A stretch of DNA of 64,000 nt from positions 1,820 through 65,819 of the forward strand of contig NZ_CANLSL010000007.1 of assembly GCF_947493735.1 (NCBI RefSeq), given 5' to 3'. Shown here piece by piece: positions 45,305 to 56,228 of the stretch. The notes under the pieces are model-generated. The model saw only the letters and a list, made by a program, of their open reading frames with translations. It did no database searches and was not told the DNA's origin. This DNA comes from an uncultured Acinetobacter sp. (GTDB lineage: Bacteria; Pseudomonadota; Gammaproteobacteria; Pseudomonadales; Moraxellaceae). Every line of letters starts with the position of its first letter. Within the stretch, counting starts at the first letter, position 1. A program made the position numbers and the translations under genes.

Positions 45305-45497
45305 ACATCATCAGACAGGATGTCTGTGATAAAAAAGCTTGCTGTGAAGCAACAGAGTAAATGGATTACTCATCAATAAGTGAAATAGAAACAGGACGTT
45401 TCTTGATAATAGTGCTGTGAAGCACCAAGCGAAAGGACATTCGCACTAATCACAAGCAACTCAAAAAAAGCCTTAAGGTTCGTCTTAAGGCTTTTTT
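45305..45497 (+). ncRNA. Candidate Rsm/Csr-family CsrA-sequestering small RNA (about 190 nt)
   Basis: Four hairpins expose GGA in their loops: 45312-45326 (AGGAU), 45355-45371 (AUGGA), 45387-45403 (AGGAC) and 45429-45444 (AGGACA). Two GUGA-tetraloop hairpins sit between them (45339-45352, 45412-45425). A rho-independent terminator ends the unit. Confidence 0.5.
45463..45497. terminator. Bidirectional intrinsic terminator (ends the sRNA candidate on the plus strand and aceF on the minus strand)
   Basis: AAAAAAA-GCCTTAAG-GTTCGT-CTTAAGGC-TTTTTT. Confidence 0.8.
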
Positions 45498-45541
45498 CTT
45501 ATCGGATGGAAAAACAGTTTAAGTTTTCTATGTTGGTCGAA

Positions 45542-47206
45542 TTACAACAATATTGAACGAATATCTTGCAATAACTTGGTCAATTTATGGGTAAATCTTG
45601 CGGCATCTGCACCATTAATCACACGATGATCATAAGACAGTGACAATGGTAGCATCAGCTTCGGTTGGAACTGCTGTCCATCCCAAACAGGTTGCATGGT
45701 CGCAGGTGAAATCCCGAGAATCGCAACTTGTGGCCAATTCACCAGTGGCGTAAATGCCGTACCACCGATACTCCCTAGACTGGTGATGGTGAAGTTAGCA
45801 CCTTGTAAGTCTTTCGGTGCGAGCTTCTTATCACGTGCTTTTTGGCTGAGTTCAGCCAGTTCTGTGGCAATTTGCGAAATTGATTTTCGATCAGGGTTAC
45901 GTAGTACAGGCACGGTCAAACCATTCTCTGTAGCGACTGCAATACCCATATGAATTTCATTGCGTATCAGCACCGATTTTTGATCATCCGCAAGATGACT
46001 GGCAAAATAAGGCTCTTGCTTGAGCAAATGCGCCACCGCTTTTGCGATAAAAGCCAAAATTGTTAGGCTTGTTCCACGATTCTTAAAGTCAGCTTTAAGC
46101 TCATTCCGCCATGCTTCCAGTGCAGTAATATCTGCAAGATCGAACTGTGTCACTTGCGGAATAAAGTTGTTTAAAGACAGCTGTGGTACGGATACTTGTT
46201 GCAAGCGAGTCATTGCTTTGACTTCAGCTCCACCATACGCATCAAAACTTGGTAGTTTTGGTAGACTAGAGGCTTGTGCTACACCATTAGTACCTACTGA
46301 CGATGTATTTAAACGACCTTTGACATAAGCATAAACATCTTCTTTCAAGATACGGTCATTTGAACCAGTAGCTTTGACTTGGCTGAGCACGACGCCGAGT
46401 TGACGCGCCATTTGACGTACCGCAGGTCCTGCATAGACTTTGGCATTGGCTTCGATTTCAGCATCAGTGAGTTTTGCTCTGCTGGTACCTTGTTCAGTAC
46501 TAGATGACGTTGTTGTTGCAGATTCAGCCTGTGGTTTTTCAGCGGAAGTCGTTTGCGCTTTTACTTCAGAGGGCTTTTGCGCTTCTGTTGTGGTCGCACT
46601 CTCGCAACTTTGTGCGCCCGCACCTGATGTTAATTTCAATGTCAACATCAATACGCCTTCTTTCACCATGTCGCCAGTTTTAACAGCGATAGAGAGCACT
46701 TCACCGCTGGCAGTACTTGGCACTTCGACAGTGGCTTTATCCGACTCCACCACGATAATGCTATCGTCTTCGGCAATGACATCGCCGACTTTGACCAACA
46801 CTTCGGCAACAGAGGCTTTCTCCACGCCAATATCAGGCACTTTTAGTTCGATTTCACGACTTTCAGATGGTGCTTGTGCTTGAGGTGCATCTTCTACTTT
46901 TGCATCGCCAGTTGATGGTGCTTCAGTTTCTGGTGTTGCTTCAGCTTTAGTTGCAGATTCTTCGCTTGCATCAGATGACTCTCCAGCTTCCAATTCGATC
47001 AATAGTGTGCCTTCTTTCACGGTATCACCGATATTGACCGAAATGGATTTTACCGTACCGCTGGCAGTGCTCGGTACTTCGACCGAGGCTTTGTCAGATT
47101 CTAAAACCAAAATGCTGTCATTTTCAGCAATTTGGTCACCGACTTTGACTAAAATCTCGGTGACTTGGGCTTGATCTACACCAATATCAGGAGTAATGAT
47201 TTGCAT
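45542..47206 (-). CDS. aceF: Pyruvate dehydrogenase E2 (dihydrolipoyllysine-residue acetyltransferase), two lipoyl domains
   Basis: Two 'ESDKA(S/T)VEVPS' lipoyl-attachment motifs, Ala/Pro/Thr linkers, and the catalytic 'SYDHRVINGADAARF'. Confidence 0.95.
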   Translation of the reverse strand: MQIITPDIGVDQAQVTEILVKVGDQIAENDSILVLESDKASVEVPSTASGTVKSISVNIGDTVKEGTLLIELEAGESSDASEESATKAEATPETEAPSTGDAKVEDAPQAQAPSESREIELKVPDIGVEKASVAEVLVKVGDVIAEDDSIIVVESDKATVEVPSTASGEVLSIAVKTGDMVKEGVLMLTLKLTSGAGAQSCESATTTEAQKPSEVKAQTTSAEKPQAESATTTSSSTEQGTSRAKLTDAEIEANAKVYAGPAVRQMARQLGVVLSQVKATGSNDRILKEDVYAYVKGRLNTSSVGTNGVAQASSLPKLPSFDAYGGAEVKAMTRLQQVSVPQLSLNNFIPQVTQFDLADITALEAWRNELKADFKNRGTSLTILAFIAKAVAHLLKQEPYFASHLADDQKSVLIRNEIHMGIAVATENGLTVPVLRNPDRKSISQIATELAELSQKARDKKLAPKDLQGANFTITSLGSIGGTAFTPLVNWPQVAILGISPATMQPVWDGQQFQPKLMLPLSLSYDHRVINGADAARFTHKLTKLLQDIRSILL

Positions 47207-47208
47207 GA

Positions 47209-49923
47209 TTATTTCTCCTCTGTTGATGTTGGTTCAACATATTCAGCAACGGGTTTGATTTCAGCGTGATCTTGAGGTTGCCAAGCAATCGGACGATCTA
47301 CGTCAATTTCAAAACTGGTAATCGCATCTTTAACCAAACGATTATCCACTTCACCTTCGTCAGCAAGCTGTTTTAGCGTAGCAACAACGATATGTGCTGC
47401 ATCCACTTCGAAGTAGCTACGCAACTTTTCTCGGGTATCTGAGCGACCGTAGCCGTCTGTACCGAGGGTGGCATAAGGACGATTGTCAGGTAAATATGGA
47501 CGAATCTGCTCGCTATACATGCGCATATGGTCTGTAGTTGCAACCACAGTGCCTTGATATGGGCGTAATTGCTGAGAAAGCCAGCATTCTTTCGGCTCGT
47601 CACTCAGCGGATGATTGCGATTGTATTCTTCACACGCCATACCTTCTCGAGCCAGCTCGTTAAAGCTGGTGACGCTCCAGACATTGCTGTGGATTTGGTA
47701 TTCTTCACGTAGAATTTTTGCGGCTTTGATCACTTCACGCAGGATCACACCTGAGCCAAGTAATTGCACAGTGGCTTGATCGTCTTTTTCAAATAGGTAG
47801 ATACCACGACGAATGCCCTCTTCAACGCCCTCAGGCATCGCAGGATGCTCGTAATTTTCATTCATGACGGTGAGGTAGTAGAACACACGCTCTTGGTCTT
47901 GATACATGCGTTTTAAGCCATCATGTACGATCACCGCAAGTTCATAGCCAAAACATGGATCATATGCCACGCAGTTTGGAATGGTCGCAGCCAAGATGTG
48001 AGAATGACCATCTTGGTGTTGCAAGCCTTCGCCATTCAATGTGGTACGTCCAGCGGTTGCACCGAGCAAGAAACCTTGTGCCTGTGCATCACCCGCTGCC
48101 CATGCTAAATCACCAATGCGTTGGAAACCAAACATCGAGTAATACATGTACATTGGGATCATTGGCAGGTCATTGGTCGAGTAACTGGTCGCCAAAGCAG
48201 TCCATGCGCTCATTGCGCCTGCTTCGTTGATGCCTTCTTGTAGCATGTGACCGTCTTTGGCCTCACGGTAGTTCATCAACTGTTCATTGTCTTCAGGGGT
48301 GTAATGCTGACCATTGACCGCATAAATCCCGAGCTGACGGAACATACCTTCCAGACCAAAAGTACGTGCTTCATCAGGCACGATCGGTACCACACGATCT
48401 TTAATGGCTTTTTCTTTAAGCAAGGCAGAAATTAAGCGCACCATCATCATGGTGGTGGACAATTCTTTTTCACCGCTACCTTTAAGCACGGCGTCAAATA
48501 CGCTCAGCTCAGGAATAGGAAGCGTTTCACTTTCTTTACGACGTGCTGGTAAATAACCACCCAAAGCCTCACGGCGGGCTTTCATGTACTTCAATTCAGG
48601 TGAATTTTCTGCAGGACGGAAGAATGGCAGCTCTTGAAGTTGTTCATCGCTAAATGGCAAATTGAAGCGATCACGGAAGTATTTTAGCGATTCAACAGGC
48701 AGTTTTTTTATTTGGTGCGTTTTATTAATACTTTCTGCTTCATGAGAAAGCCCATAACCTTTAACGGTTTTTGCCAAAATCACCGTTGGCTGACCATTGC
48801 CTTGAATCGCAGCGGCGTAAGCGGCATAGACTTTATATGGATCGTGACCACCACGATTCAGTGCGTCAATGTCTTGATCACTGAGATGTTCAACCAGTTT
48901 TTTCGCTTCAGGATATTTACCAAAGAAGTTTTCACGAGCATAGCCACCGCCTTTGACTTGTAGGCGTTGATAATCGCCATCAACCGCTTCTTCCATGACG
49001 GCTTTTAACGCACCTGAATCATCTTTATTCAGCAATGGATCCCAATGACGTCCCCAAATCACTTTGATCACACGCCAACCAGCACCACGGAAAATCGACT
49101 CCAGTTCTTGAATGATTTTGCCATTACCACGCACAGGACCATCGAGGCGCTGTAAGTTACAATTAATGACCCAGATGAGGTTATCCAAGCCCTCACGACC
49201 TGCCAGTGAAATCGCACCGAGGCTTTCAGGCTCGTCCATTTCACCATCGCCGAGATATGCCCAAACTTTACGATCTTCCTCTTTGATTAAGCCACGATTC
49301 ATCAAATACTTTTGAATATGCGCTTGATAAATCGACATGATTGGACCAAGACCCATGGATACCGTTGGGAATTGCCAATATTCAGGCATGAGATACGGAT
49401 GCGGGTAACTTGACAGGCCATTGCCATCCACTTCACGGCGGAAGTTTTCCAGTTGATTTTCGGTCAAACGCCCTTCTAAAAAGGAACGTGCATAAATCCC
49501 TGGTGCAGAGTGACCTTGATAATAAATCATGTCGCCACCAAAGTTGTCGCTATTTGCTCTGAAAAAATGGTTAAAACCAACATCATACAATGTTGCACTG
49601 GATGCAAAAGTCGCCAAATGTCCGCCGAGATCATCGACTTTATTGGCACGAAGTACCATAGCCAAGGCATTCCATCGAATCAGTGCACGAATACGGCGCT
49701 CCATATCAGGATCACCCGGCATCGCAGGTTCTTCACTGACAGAAATGGTATTTAAGTAAGGCGTGTTTAGGCGTTGAATTGGGACATGTTTAGCGATGGC
49801 ACGTTGATATAATGTTTTTAAAATAAAAGCAGCACGTTCAGTGCCCATATGTTCGATCACCGAATCAAACGCATCCTGCCATTCTTTTGTTTCCAACGCA
49901 TCCTTGTCACCATAAAAAGTCAT
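47209..49923 (-). CDS. aceE: Pyruvate dehydrogenase E1 component
   Basis: 904-aa homodimeric-type E1 with the ThDP motif 'GDGEMDEPES'. Directly upstream of aceF. Confidence 0.97.
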   Translation of the reverse strand: MTFYGDKDALETKEWQDAFDSVIEHMGTERAAFILKTLYQRAIAKHVPIQRLNTPYLNTISVSEEPAMPGDPDMERRIRALIRWNALAMVLRANKVDDLGGHLATFASSATLYDVGFNHFFRANSDNFGGDMIYYQGHSAPGIYARSFLEGRLTENQLENFRREVDGNGLSSYPHPYLMPEYWQFPTVSMGLGPIMSIYQAHIQKYLMNRGLIKEEDRKVWAYLGDGEMDEPESLGAISLAGREGLDNLIWVINCNLQRLDGPVRGNGKIIQELESIFRGAGWRVIKVIWGRHWDPLLNKDDSGALKAVMEEAVDGDYQRLQVKGGGYARENFFGKYPEAKKLVEHLSDQDIDALNRGGHDPYKVYAAYAAAIQGNGQPTVILAKTVKGYGLSHEAESINKTHQIKKLPVESLKYFRDRFNLPFSDEQLQELPFFRPAENSPELKYMKARREALGGYLPARRKESETLPIPELSVFDAVLKGSGEKELSTTMMMVRLISALLKEKAIKDRVVPIVPDEARTFGLEGMFRQLGIYAVNGQHYTPEDNEQLMNYREAKDGHMLQEGINEAGAMSAWTALATSYSTNDLPMIPMYMYYSMFGFQRIGDLAWAAGDAQAQGFLLGATAGRTTLNGEGLQHQDGHSHILAATIPNCVAYDPCFGYELAVIVHDGLKRMYQDQERVFYYLTVMNENYEHPAMPEGVEEGIRRGIYLFEKDDQATVQLLGSGVILREVIKAAKILREEYQIHSNVWSVTSFNELAREGMACEEYNRNHPLSDEPKECWLSQQLRPYQGTVVATTDHMRMYSEQIRPYLPDNRPYATLGTDGYGRSDTREKLRSYFEVDAAHIVVATLKQLADEGEVDNRLVKDAITSFEIDVDRPIAWQPQDHAEIKPVAEYVEPTSTEEK

Positions 49924-50275
49924 TTTTCCACCTATCCTATTCTACGTGCCTGATTTATCTTTCCATAAATCATTGTGATTGTCCTTAGTTCTCAGACTAA
50001 ATGACGACGTACATAGCATATCGGCTTTATCGTATTACCATGTGGCAAAAGACGACGCTTAACAAATATTCACAGAAAGCGGTCAAAAGTTCGCAAAAGC
50101 CATGCAAAGTGCATCATGAAAAAGAATAATATTTTAGCGTATTATATTTTTAACGACGAATAAGGCATTGCACACATCTTTATCATTAATATTGAAGAAA
50201 AGCATAGTAAGGGCATGATTTTCTATAAATGTTTTGATAAAGATTAAAGGTTAGTTAATGGTTAAGTAGTATATA

Positions 50276-50309
50276 AAACGCAAAAAACGCTCAATGGATG
50301 ATTGAGCGT
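50276..50309 (-). terminator. Intrinsic terminator after the M23 peptidase gene
   Basis: Stem ACGCTCAAT/ATTGAGCGT followed by TTTTTTG on the minus strand. Confidence 0.6.
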
Positions 50310-50334
50310 TTGGAATAACGGAGAATTTTTTGCG

Positions 50335-50979
50335 TTATGGCAATAATGCTAAGTATGTTGAAGGGTTTTGACGTTTATCGTTTTTAACCACTTCAAAGTG
50401 TAAATGTGGACCTGTACAACGACCTGTACAGCCAACATTAGCAATATGATCGCCAGCATTGACATAATCGCCAACTTTTGCGATTAGGCGTGATGCGTGC
50501 GCATAGCGTGTCTTATATCCGTTACTATGATCAACTTCAACATAATAGCCATAACCACTGCCCCAACCTGATTTAGTAACGACACCAGCACCACTTGCAT
50601 AAATTGCAGTACCAGTCGGTGCAGAAAAGTCGATGCCAGAATGTTGGCGTGTTGTACCCAACAAAGAACGCATACCATAGTTTGAGCTGACACGTGCATC
50701 AGGAACAGGATGAGCTGTCATCCAAGTCCCTGTTGAAGCGCTTGCATATTTGCTCAAAGAGGCGTTATTAAATTCAACCGATGTTTGAGACGCAGACGCC
50801 AAAGTTGCATTGCTAATGGTTTGTTCATCTTGTGAATAAGAACCTTTCCCGAGCGTACGAGAAAGTTGTTCTAAACGATCCATCGACTCGATGCTGTTTA
50901 AAGACTGATAGTCGGCAAAAGCGACAGACATTGCAGAACTAGCGAACGACAACGCAAGTAAAAAACGACGAATGTGCAT
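50335..50979 (-). CDS. M23-family metallopeptidase
   Basis: 'HSGIDFSAPTGTAIYA' and 'GCTGRCTGPHLHFEV' M23 zinc motifs, plus a signal peptide. Start set at the ATG at 50979. Confidence 0.85.
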   Translation of the reverse strand: MHIRRFLLALSFASSAMSVAFADYQSLNSIESMDRLEQLSRTLGKGSYSQDEQTISNATLASASQTSVEFNNASLSKYASASTGTWMTAHPVPDARVSSNYGMRSLLGTTRQHSGIDFSAPTGTAIYASGAGVVTKSGWGSGYGYYVEVDHSNGYKTRYAHASRLIAKVGDYVNAGDHIANVGCTGRCTGPHLHFEVVKNDKRQNPSTYLALLP

Positions 50980-51077
50980 AAATAAAAACCTCGAATTCCA
51001 GATCATCATGAAGAGGACTTGCGAATAAATTTTTCGGGACTAACATATAACGATCAATCATCGTAGATGATCAGTCT

Positions 51078-51530
51078 ATGCAACAGTCCAAAACATTATT
51101 TCAAGGGCTTCGTCAGCCATCTTCACAACGTGTCGGAAATTTTACATTTCTACAAAAGCAAGTTGAGGCTTGGCAACAACTTACAAAATTAATTCAACCT
51201 TTATTACCCCTTGAGGGCTCGTGGCAGGTTGTATGTTATCAGCATGGCACGCTTATTATTGCAGGTGACAATCAAGCTTTGATTAGTCAAGTGCGCTATT
51301 TGCAAAGCCAATATATTCGGAATCTAAAAGCAATCCCAGCTCTAGTCGATGTGCAACAAATCAAAATAGTTATGCAATCAGTTTCACAACCACCTAGTAG
51401 CAAAAAATATACACGAAAGAAACGATTGTCAAATCAAATTCAAGAAGAGATACAACAAGCAGCTCGAATCGTGAAGGATGCCAAGCTTAGCGAAGCTTTA
51501 ATACGTTTGGCAAGTCAAGATCAGGAGTGA
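51078..51530 (+). CDS. DUF721-like protein (possible DciA-type helicase operator)
   Basis: 150 aa. The central 'WQVVCYQHGTLIIAGDNQALISQVRYLQSQYIRNL' resembles the DUF721 core. It neighbours lpxC and an M23 peptidase, as in pseudomonads (from memory). Confidence 0.55.
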   Translation: MQQSKTLFQGLRQPSSQRVGNFTFLQKQVEAWQQLTKLIQPLLPLEGSWQVVCYQHGTLIIAGDNQALISQVRYLQSQYIRNLKAIPALVDVQQIKIVMQSVSQPPSSKKYTRKKRLSNQIQEEIQQAARIVKDAKLSEALIRLASQDQE

Positions 51531-51625
51531 AATGTTACGAAACCATGAAATAAGAGCAAAATCAATATAATAAAAGTCTTTGTCAAATGTAATATTATAA
51601 CATTTAATTCAATGCTGACAGTTAT

Positions 51626-52528
51626 TTAGCCAATCGGGACATATTTTATTGGGCATTGTTCTTGGTTACAAAAAGTTACAATTTCAAAGCTACTTGGATC
51701 TGCTTGAATGGCACGTAAAAGCTTGTTATTGAGCAAATGTCCTGACTTAAACGCATCAAATCGAGCGATAATTTGGTGACCAAGTAAGTATAAATCGCCA
51801 ATCGCATCTAAGATTTTGTGGCGAACAAATTCATCGGAATAACGTAGACCACCTTCATTTACGACGCCATTTTCATCAAGACCGATGGCATTCTCAAGAT
51901 TGGCACCTAAGGCTAAATTATTCGCTTGGAGTTGTTCTAAGTCTTTCATGAAGCCAAAAGTACGTGCTTCACTGATTTCAGCAACGAAATTTTCTGTAGA
52001 AAATTCGATTGAAGAAGATTGATGGCGTTTATCAAAGGCAGGATGATCAAAATCAATGGTAAAGTTAAGCTTAAAACCATCGTATGGGCGAAATGATGCG
52101 GTTTTATCGTCAGTTTGAACGTGTATTTCTTTTTTAATTTTGATAAATTTTTTGGCGTGTTCTTGCTCCGTGAGTTCACCTTGAAGTAATAAATAGATAA
52201 AAGGCCCTGCACTACCATCCATGATGGGAATCTCGGCAGCGTCGATTTCGATAATGAGGTTATCTATACCCAGTGCGGCAATCGCACTCATGACATGTTC
52301 AACGGTGCCGACTTTGACCTTACCTTTCACCAAGTTTGAGCACATAAAGGCTTCTTGGATCAGCATGGCTTCGGCAGGAATTTCAACCACTGGGTCGAGA
52401 TCGATGCGACGAAAGACAATTCCTGTATCACATTCGCTCGGTAAAAAGTTGATTTTGACTTTTTTTCCGCTATGTAACCCGATACCGCTCGCACGAACGA
52501 CTCGGCGGATTGATCTTTGTTTAAACAT
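51626..52528 (-). CDS. lpxC: UDP-3-O-acyl-N-acetylglucosamine deacetylase
   Basis: 300 aa. '[10 protein letters not shown]', '[16 protein letters not shown]' and '[14 protein letters not shown]'. Confidence 0.96.
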   Translation of the reverse strand: MFKQRSIRRVVRASGIGLHSGKKVKINFLPSECDTGIVFRRIDLDPVVEIPAEAMLIQEAFMCSNLVKGKVKVGTVEHVMSAIAALGIDNLIIEIDAAEIPIMDGSAGPFIYLLLQGELTEQEHAKKFIKIKKEIHVQTDDKTASFRPYDGFKLNFTIDFDHPAFDKRHQSSSIEFSTENFVAEISEARTFGFMKDLEQLQANNLALGANLENAIGLDENGVVNEGGLRYSDEFVRHKILDAIGDLYLLGHQIIARFDAFKSGHLLNNKLLRAIQADPSSFEIVTFCNQEQCPIKYVPIG

Positions 52529-52579
52529 ATTTACTTACAAGATGAGCAATTGTAACTAAGGTAGCACAAAATAGAATGT

Positions 52580-52620
52580 AAAAAAACATAAGGATCATTG
52601 CTGTAGACAATGATCCTTAT
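52580..52620 (-). terminator. Intrinsic terminator between ftsZ and lpxC
   Basis: 13-bp perfect stem ATAAGGATCATTG/CAATGATCCTTAT followed by a T7 run on the minus strand. Confidence 0.65.
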
Positions 52621-52632
52621 GCCGAATACAGG

Positions 52633-53835
52633 TTATTTGCGTTGTTGTTTTTGCAAGTAGTCTTGAATGCTCATTGGCGCTGGACGAGGTGAACCCGAAC
52701 TTTGTTGGGTTGATGCTGCATGATCATTATTAGCAGCAGGATTACTCTGTGCTTGACGACTGATTGCAGGAACATCTTCTTCTTCAGTTGTGCTTTGAGC
52801 AGGTTGATTTGAGCGTTGTGTGGTTGTTTTTGGCGTTGATGAAATGTCATCATTATTACGTGTCAAACCTGTTGCCACCACGGTGACACGGATCTCGTCA
52901 CGTGCATCTGGATCAATTGCTGTACCGTAGAATAATTGCACTTCGTCTTCATCGACGATTTGCGCGACATAATCGGCAATCGTTTCAGCTTCACGTAAAG
53001 AAACGTCTTCACCGCCAGTGATGTTGATCAACACCCCTTTGGCATCGCTGATATTAACTTTATCAAGGAGCGGGCTACGAATCGCCATTTCAGCAGCTTG
53101 TTCAGCACGCTTTTCACCACGACCAATCCCTGTACCCATCATGGCATAGCCACGTGTGCTCATGGCAGTTTTTAAATCGGCAAAGTCAAGGTTAATCAGA
53201 CCAGGATTAACCACAAGGTCGAAGATACTGCGTACCGCATTGAGCAATACATCATCGGCTTTCTTGTAGGCATCCTTCATCGAGATATCGCCATACACAT
53301 CTAACAAACGAGAGTTTGGAATGATGATCAGCGAATCAACATGTTTTTCTAATTCTTCAATACCCAGCTCAGCCGCTTTGATACGACGGCGTCCTTCAAA
53401 ACGGAAGGGAGTAGTGACTACGCCAACAGTGAGCAAACCCATTTCTTTGGCAATCTCAGCAACGACTGGCGCACCACCTGTTCCTGTACCACCGCCCATA
53501 CCTGCGGTGACGAAGACCATGTCTGTACCTTCAAGATGTTGACGAATCGCATCACGAGTTTCTTCGGCAGCAGTACGACCAATTTCTGGGTTGGCACCAG
53601 CGCCAAGACCACGGGTGCTTTGTTCGCCGAGTTGCACTTTGTTTGGTGCAGACATGCGATCTAGCGCTTGTTTATCTGTATTAGCACAGATAAATTTCAC
53701 CCCTGCGATTTTTTGTTCGACCATATTTTGAACGGCGTTACCACCACCACCGCCAACCCCAAAAACGGTGAAGCGTGCTTGTCCGTAACTGTCCATTTCG
53801 TCATCATCTATATATGTAATTGAATTTGTAGGCAT
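52633..53835 (-). CDS. ftsZ: Cell division protein FtsZ
   Basis: Tubulin signature '[13 protein letters not shown]' and the conserved C-terminal peptide 'IQDYLQKQ'. Confidence 0.98.
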   Translation of the reverse strand: MPTNSITYIDDDEMDSYGQARFTVFGVGGGGGNAVQNMVEQKIAGVKFICANTDKQALDRMSAPNKVQLGEQSTRGLGAGANPEIGRTAAEETRDAIRQHLEGTDMVFVTAGMGGGTGTGGAPVVAEIAKEMGLLTVGVVTTPFRFEGRRRIKAAELGIEELEKHVDSLIIIPNSRLLDVYGDISMKDAYKKADDVLLNAVRSIFDLVVNPGLINLDFADLKTAMSTRGYAMMGTGIGRGEKRAEQAAEMAIRSPLLDKVNISDAKGVLINITGGEDVSLREAETIADYVAQIVDEDEVQLFYGTAIDPDARDEIRVTVVATGLTRNNDDISSTPKTTTQRSNQPAQSTTEEEDVPAISRQAQSNPAANNDHAASTQQSSGSPRPAPMSIQDYLQKQQRK

Positions 53836-54016
53836 GACCTTCCGACTTCCAAAATTGTGTTATAGCAGTCACTTATGCCCGTATACTGCCTGAAATAAAA
53901 GCTAAATATTAGCACGCTGTTTTCAGTTTGTAATATCTCATACTCAATTTATTACAAACAAAAAAATTTCCTTACCAAAGCACTGTTTTTTGTGCAAAAA
54001 AAGCCCAACGACTTTT

Positions 54017-55276
54017 TTAGAAAAAGTTTTTCAAATTTGAGAGTAAGTCGTTGCTACTGTTGACCATTCTCTTCCAAATTGAAGATGTATTTTGATTTTC
54101 ATCAATGACGCTTTCTTGTGCTTCGCTTTGGCTAAACATCAGTAATCCACTCGCCGTGGTATAAATGGATCGACGTAACGCTGCTAGAAGTTCATCTTTA
54201 CTATACACCTGCAATGGCGGATTACCGAGATGGGCAGATACGCCAAGCTTACGACGTGCATGACTGACTGCACCTTCGATTTGGCTAGCGTCACCTGTCA
54301 AGACCACGCCATGATAAAGATTGGCAAGCGCCCCATTGGTATTGAGCTCTTGATAGACACGATCAAAGATCTCATCGTAACGCGCTTTGATAATGTCTGC
54401 GAGTTCGATACGGCTAATGGTTTGAGGGCCATCAATACCTTGTACTTGGATCATATGATCTGGCTTGATCGCGCTATGATCAACACAACCATGCAAATGT
54501 TTAATTCGCTCGGCTTCGTCAGTTGTCAACTGTAGTACAGCTGCAATATCACGAGTAACGTGTTCTCCACCTAGAGGTAATGTGCTTGCAAAAGCGAGAT
54601 GCCCACCGAGATAGACTGCAATATTGGTCGTCCCTGCACCGATATCAATGAGGCAGACGCCATACTCTTTTTCATCTTTGAGTAAGCTTGCTTCAGCGGT
54701 TGCAAGGGCTGAAATGACCATCTTTTCCACACCAATACCTGCACTTTTCAATGCTTTATCAAGGTTTTGCATGGTGCTAATCGGGAGCATCATCAGTTGA
54801 TAATGACCCGTTAAAGTTTGCCCAGTAAACCCGATAGGATTGTGCACCCATTCGTCAGTATCATCAACGGCAAAGCCAAGTGGCACAGCACTGGCAAGAT
54901 AATAATCTGGAATGAGATGATTGGTTTTGGCAAGCTCTAAAGCACGTACCACTTCATTGGTGCTAATCGAGCCATCTGCACTGGTAATTGCTGTGCGTCC
55001 AGAAGCATAGAAGCTACGTAGGTCGGTACTAGGAATAGACACCCAAGCACTATTGATACGGCATTCAGCTTGGTCTTCGGCTTCTTGCACGGCATTTTTA
55101 ATCGCAGAAACGACTTTATCAAGGCTGACAATTTTGCCTTTACTCATGCCACGATTGCGAGCATGTGACATCCCGATGACTTCGATTTTGTCTGGTGCGT
55201 GAACCTTGCCGATCAACACCGTCACTTTATGTGTTCCAATATCTATGGCCACAACTGATGGCACAGCTTCACTCAT
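54017..55276 (-). CDS. ftsA: Cell division protein FtsA
   Basis: 419-aa actin-fold protein ('VVAIDIGTHKV', 'CLIDIGAGTTNIAV') between ftsQ and ftsZ. Confidence 0.96.
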   Translation of the reverse strand: MSEAVPSVVAIDIGTHKVTVLIGKVHAPDKIEVIGMSHARNRGMSKGKIVSLDKVVSAIKNAVQEAEDQAECRINSAWVSIPSTDLRSFYASGRTAITSADGSISTNEVVRALELAKTNHLIPDYYLASAVPLGFAVDDTDEWVHNPIGFTGQTLTGHYQLMMLPISTMQNLDKALKSAGIGVEKMVISALATAEASLLKDEKEYGVCLIDIGAGTTNIAVYLGGHLAFASTLPLGGEHVTRDIAAVLQLTTDEAERIKHLHGCVDHSAIKPDHMIQVQGIDGPQTISRIELADIIKARYDEIFDRVYQELNTNGALANLYHGVVLTGDASQIEGAVSHARRKLGVSAHLGNPPLQVYSKDELLAALRRSIYTTASGLLMFSQSEAQESVIDENQNTSSIWKRMVNSSNDLLSNLKNFF

Positions 55277-55366
55277 TGTTCATTACCATTATGACTTTTA
55301 TTATACGGTTGCGATGCAGATTGCTTGGCGCAGACCGTATGCTTCATCTGTTAAAAAAATGCCCTA

Positions 55367-56218
55367 TTATGGGCTTGATTGGGTTTGCTCCGCAACAGTT
55401 ACACCAGGTGTTGGAATGACAAACTGTCCATTATGAATATTGACAGGTTGAGCATTCTTCCACTGTACAGCGAGACCGTTGCGATATCTTAAATCTATCC
55501 CAGCGATATTGTCCCAAACTAAACCTAAATCTGTTTTAGCAATTTCGCTTAATCTTTGTAACTTGCCCATCGTCTGATCTTGATCAACAATCAAACGCAT
55601 ACCGTTATCAAACTGCATAAACCACGTCATACGCTCTGTCAGATATAGCTCTTTAAGACGCATGTTCATTGGGCTAAACATTTGATTGATATCACGATAC
55701 TTGGTCATCATCATGCGTGATTGCGAGTTCGGACCATGTAATAATGGCAAGTTGCGGTGATCAAAACCTTGTACAGGTTTAAATACCACACCATCATCAC
55801 TCAAATAACGACCTGTACCCCACCGTGCAACCGCATGCCGTGGTGTGACACGCAAAACGATTGCATTTGGCCACGCACGGGATACCACTACACGATCGAC
55901 CCAAGACAAACCTAAGGCATGATCACGAATCTGTTCAAGATCTGTGGTGAAATAACCGCTCGCTGTATCGGCTTTGATATGTTTAATCAACGCTTTTTGC
56001 GCAGGTGCACTGACACCAACCACATCGACATGATCGATTCCTGCATGCATAAAACGCTGATACAACGCATAACCACCAAAGACAAACACCAAGATGGCAA
56101 ATATCAATAATAGCCAACTTCCCCACGACAACAACTTCTCACCAAGACTTGGTGGCTTGTCATGTATTGAGGTGGTCGCTGCTTGACGACGTCGCAGGGA
56201 CAAGGGAAGTTGTGCCAT
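55367..56218 (-). CDS. ftsQ: Cell division protein FtsQ
   Basis: Single N-terminal transmembrane segment plus POTRA-like region, in the canonical position between ddl and ftsA. Confidence 0.88.
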   Translation of the reverse strand: MAQLPLSLRRRQAATTSIHDKPPSLGEKLLSWGSWLLLIFAILVFVFGGYALYQRFMHAGIDHVDVVGVSAPAQKALIKHIKADTASGYFTTDLEQIRDHALGLSWVDRVVVSRAWPNAIVLRVTPRHAVARWGTGRYLSDDGVVFKPVQGFDHRNLPLLHGPNSQSRMMMTKYRDINQMFSPMNMRLKELYLTERMTWFMQFDNGMRLIVDQDQTMGKLQRLSEIAKTDLGLVWDNIAGIDLRYRNGLAVQWKNAQPVNIHNGQFVIPTPGVTVAEQTQSSP

Positions 56219-56228
56219 CTTAAATGTT

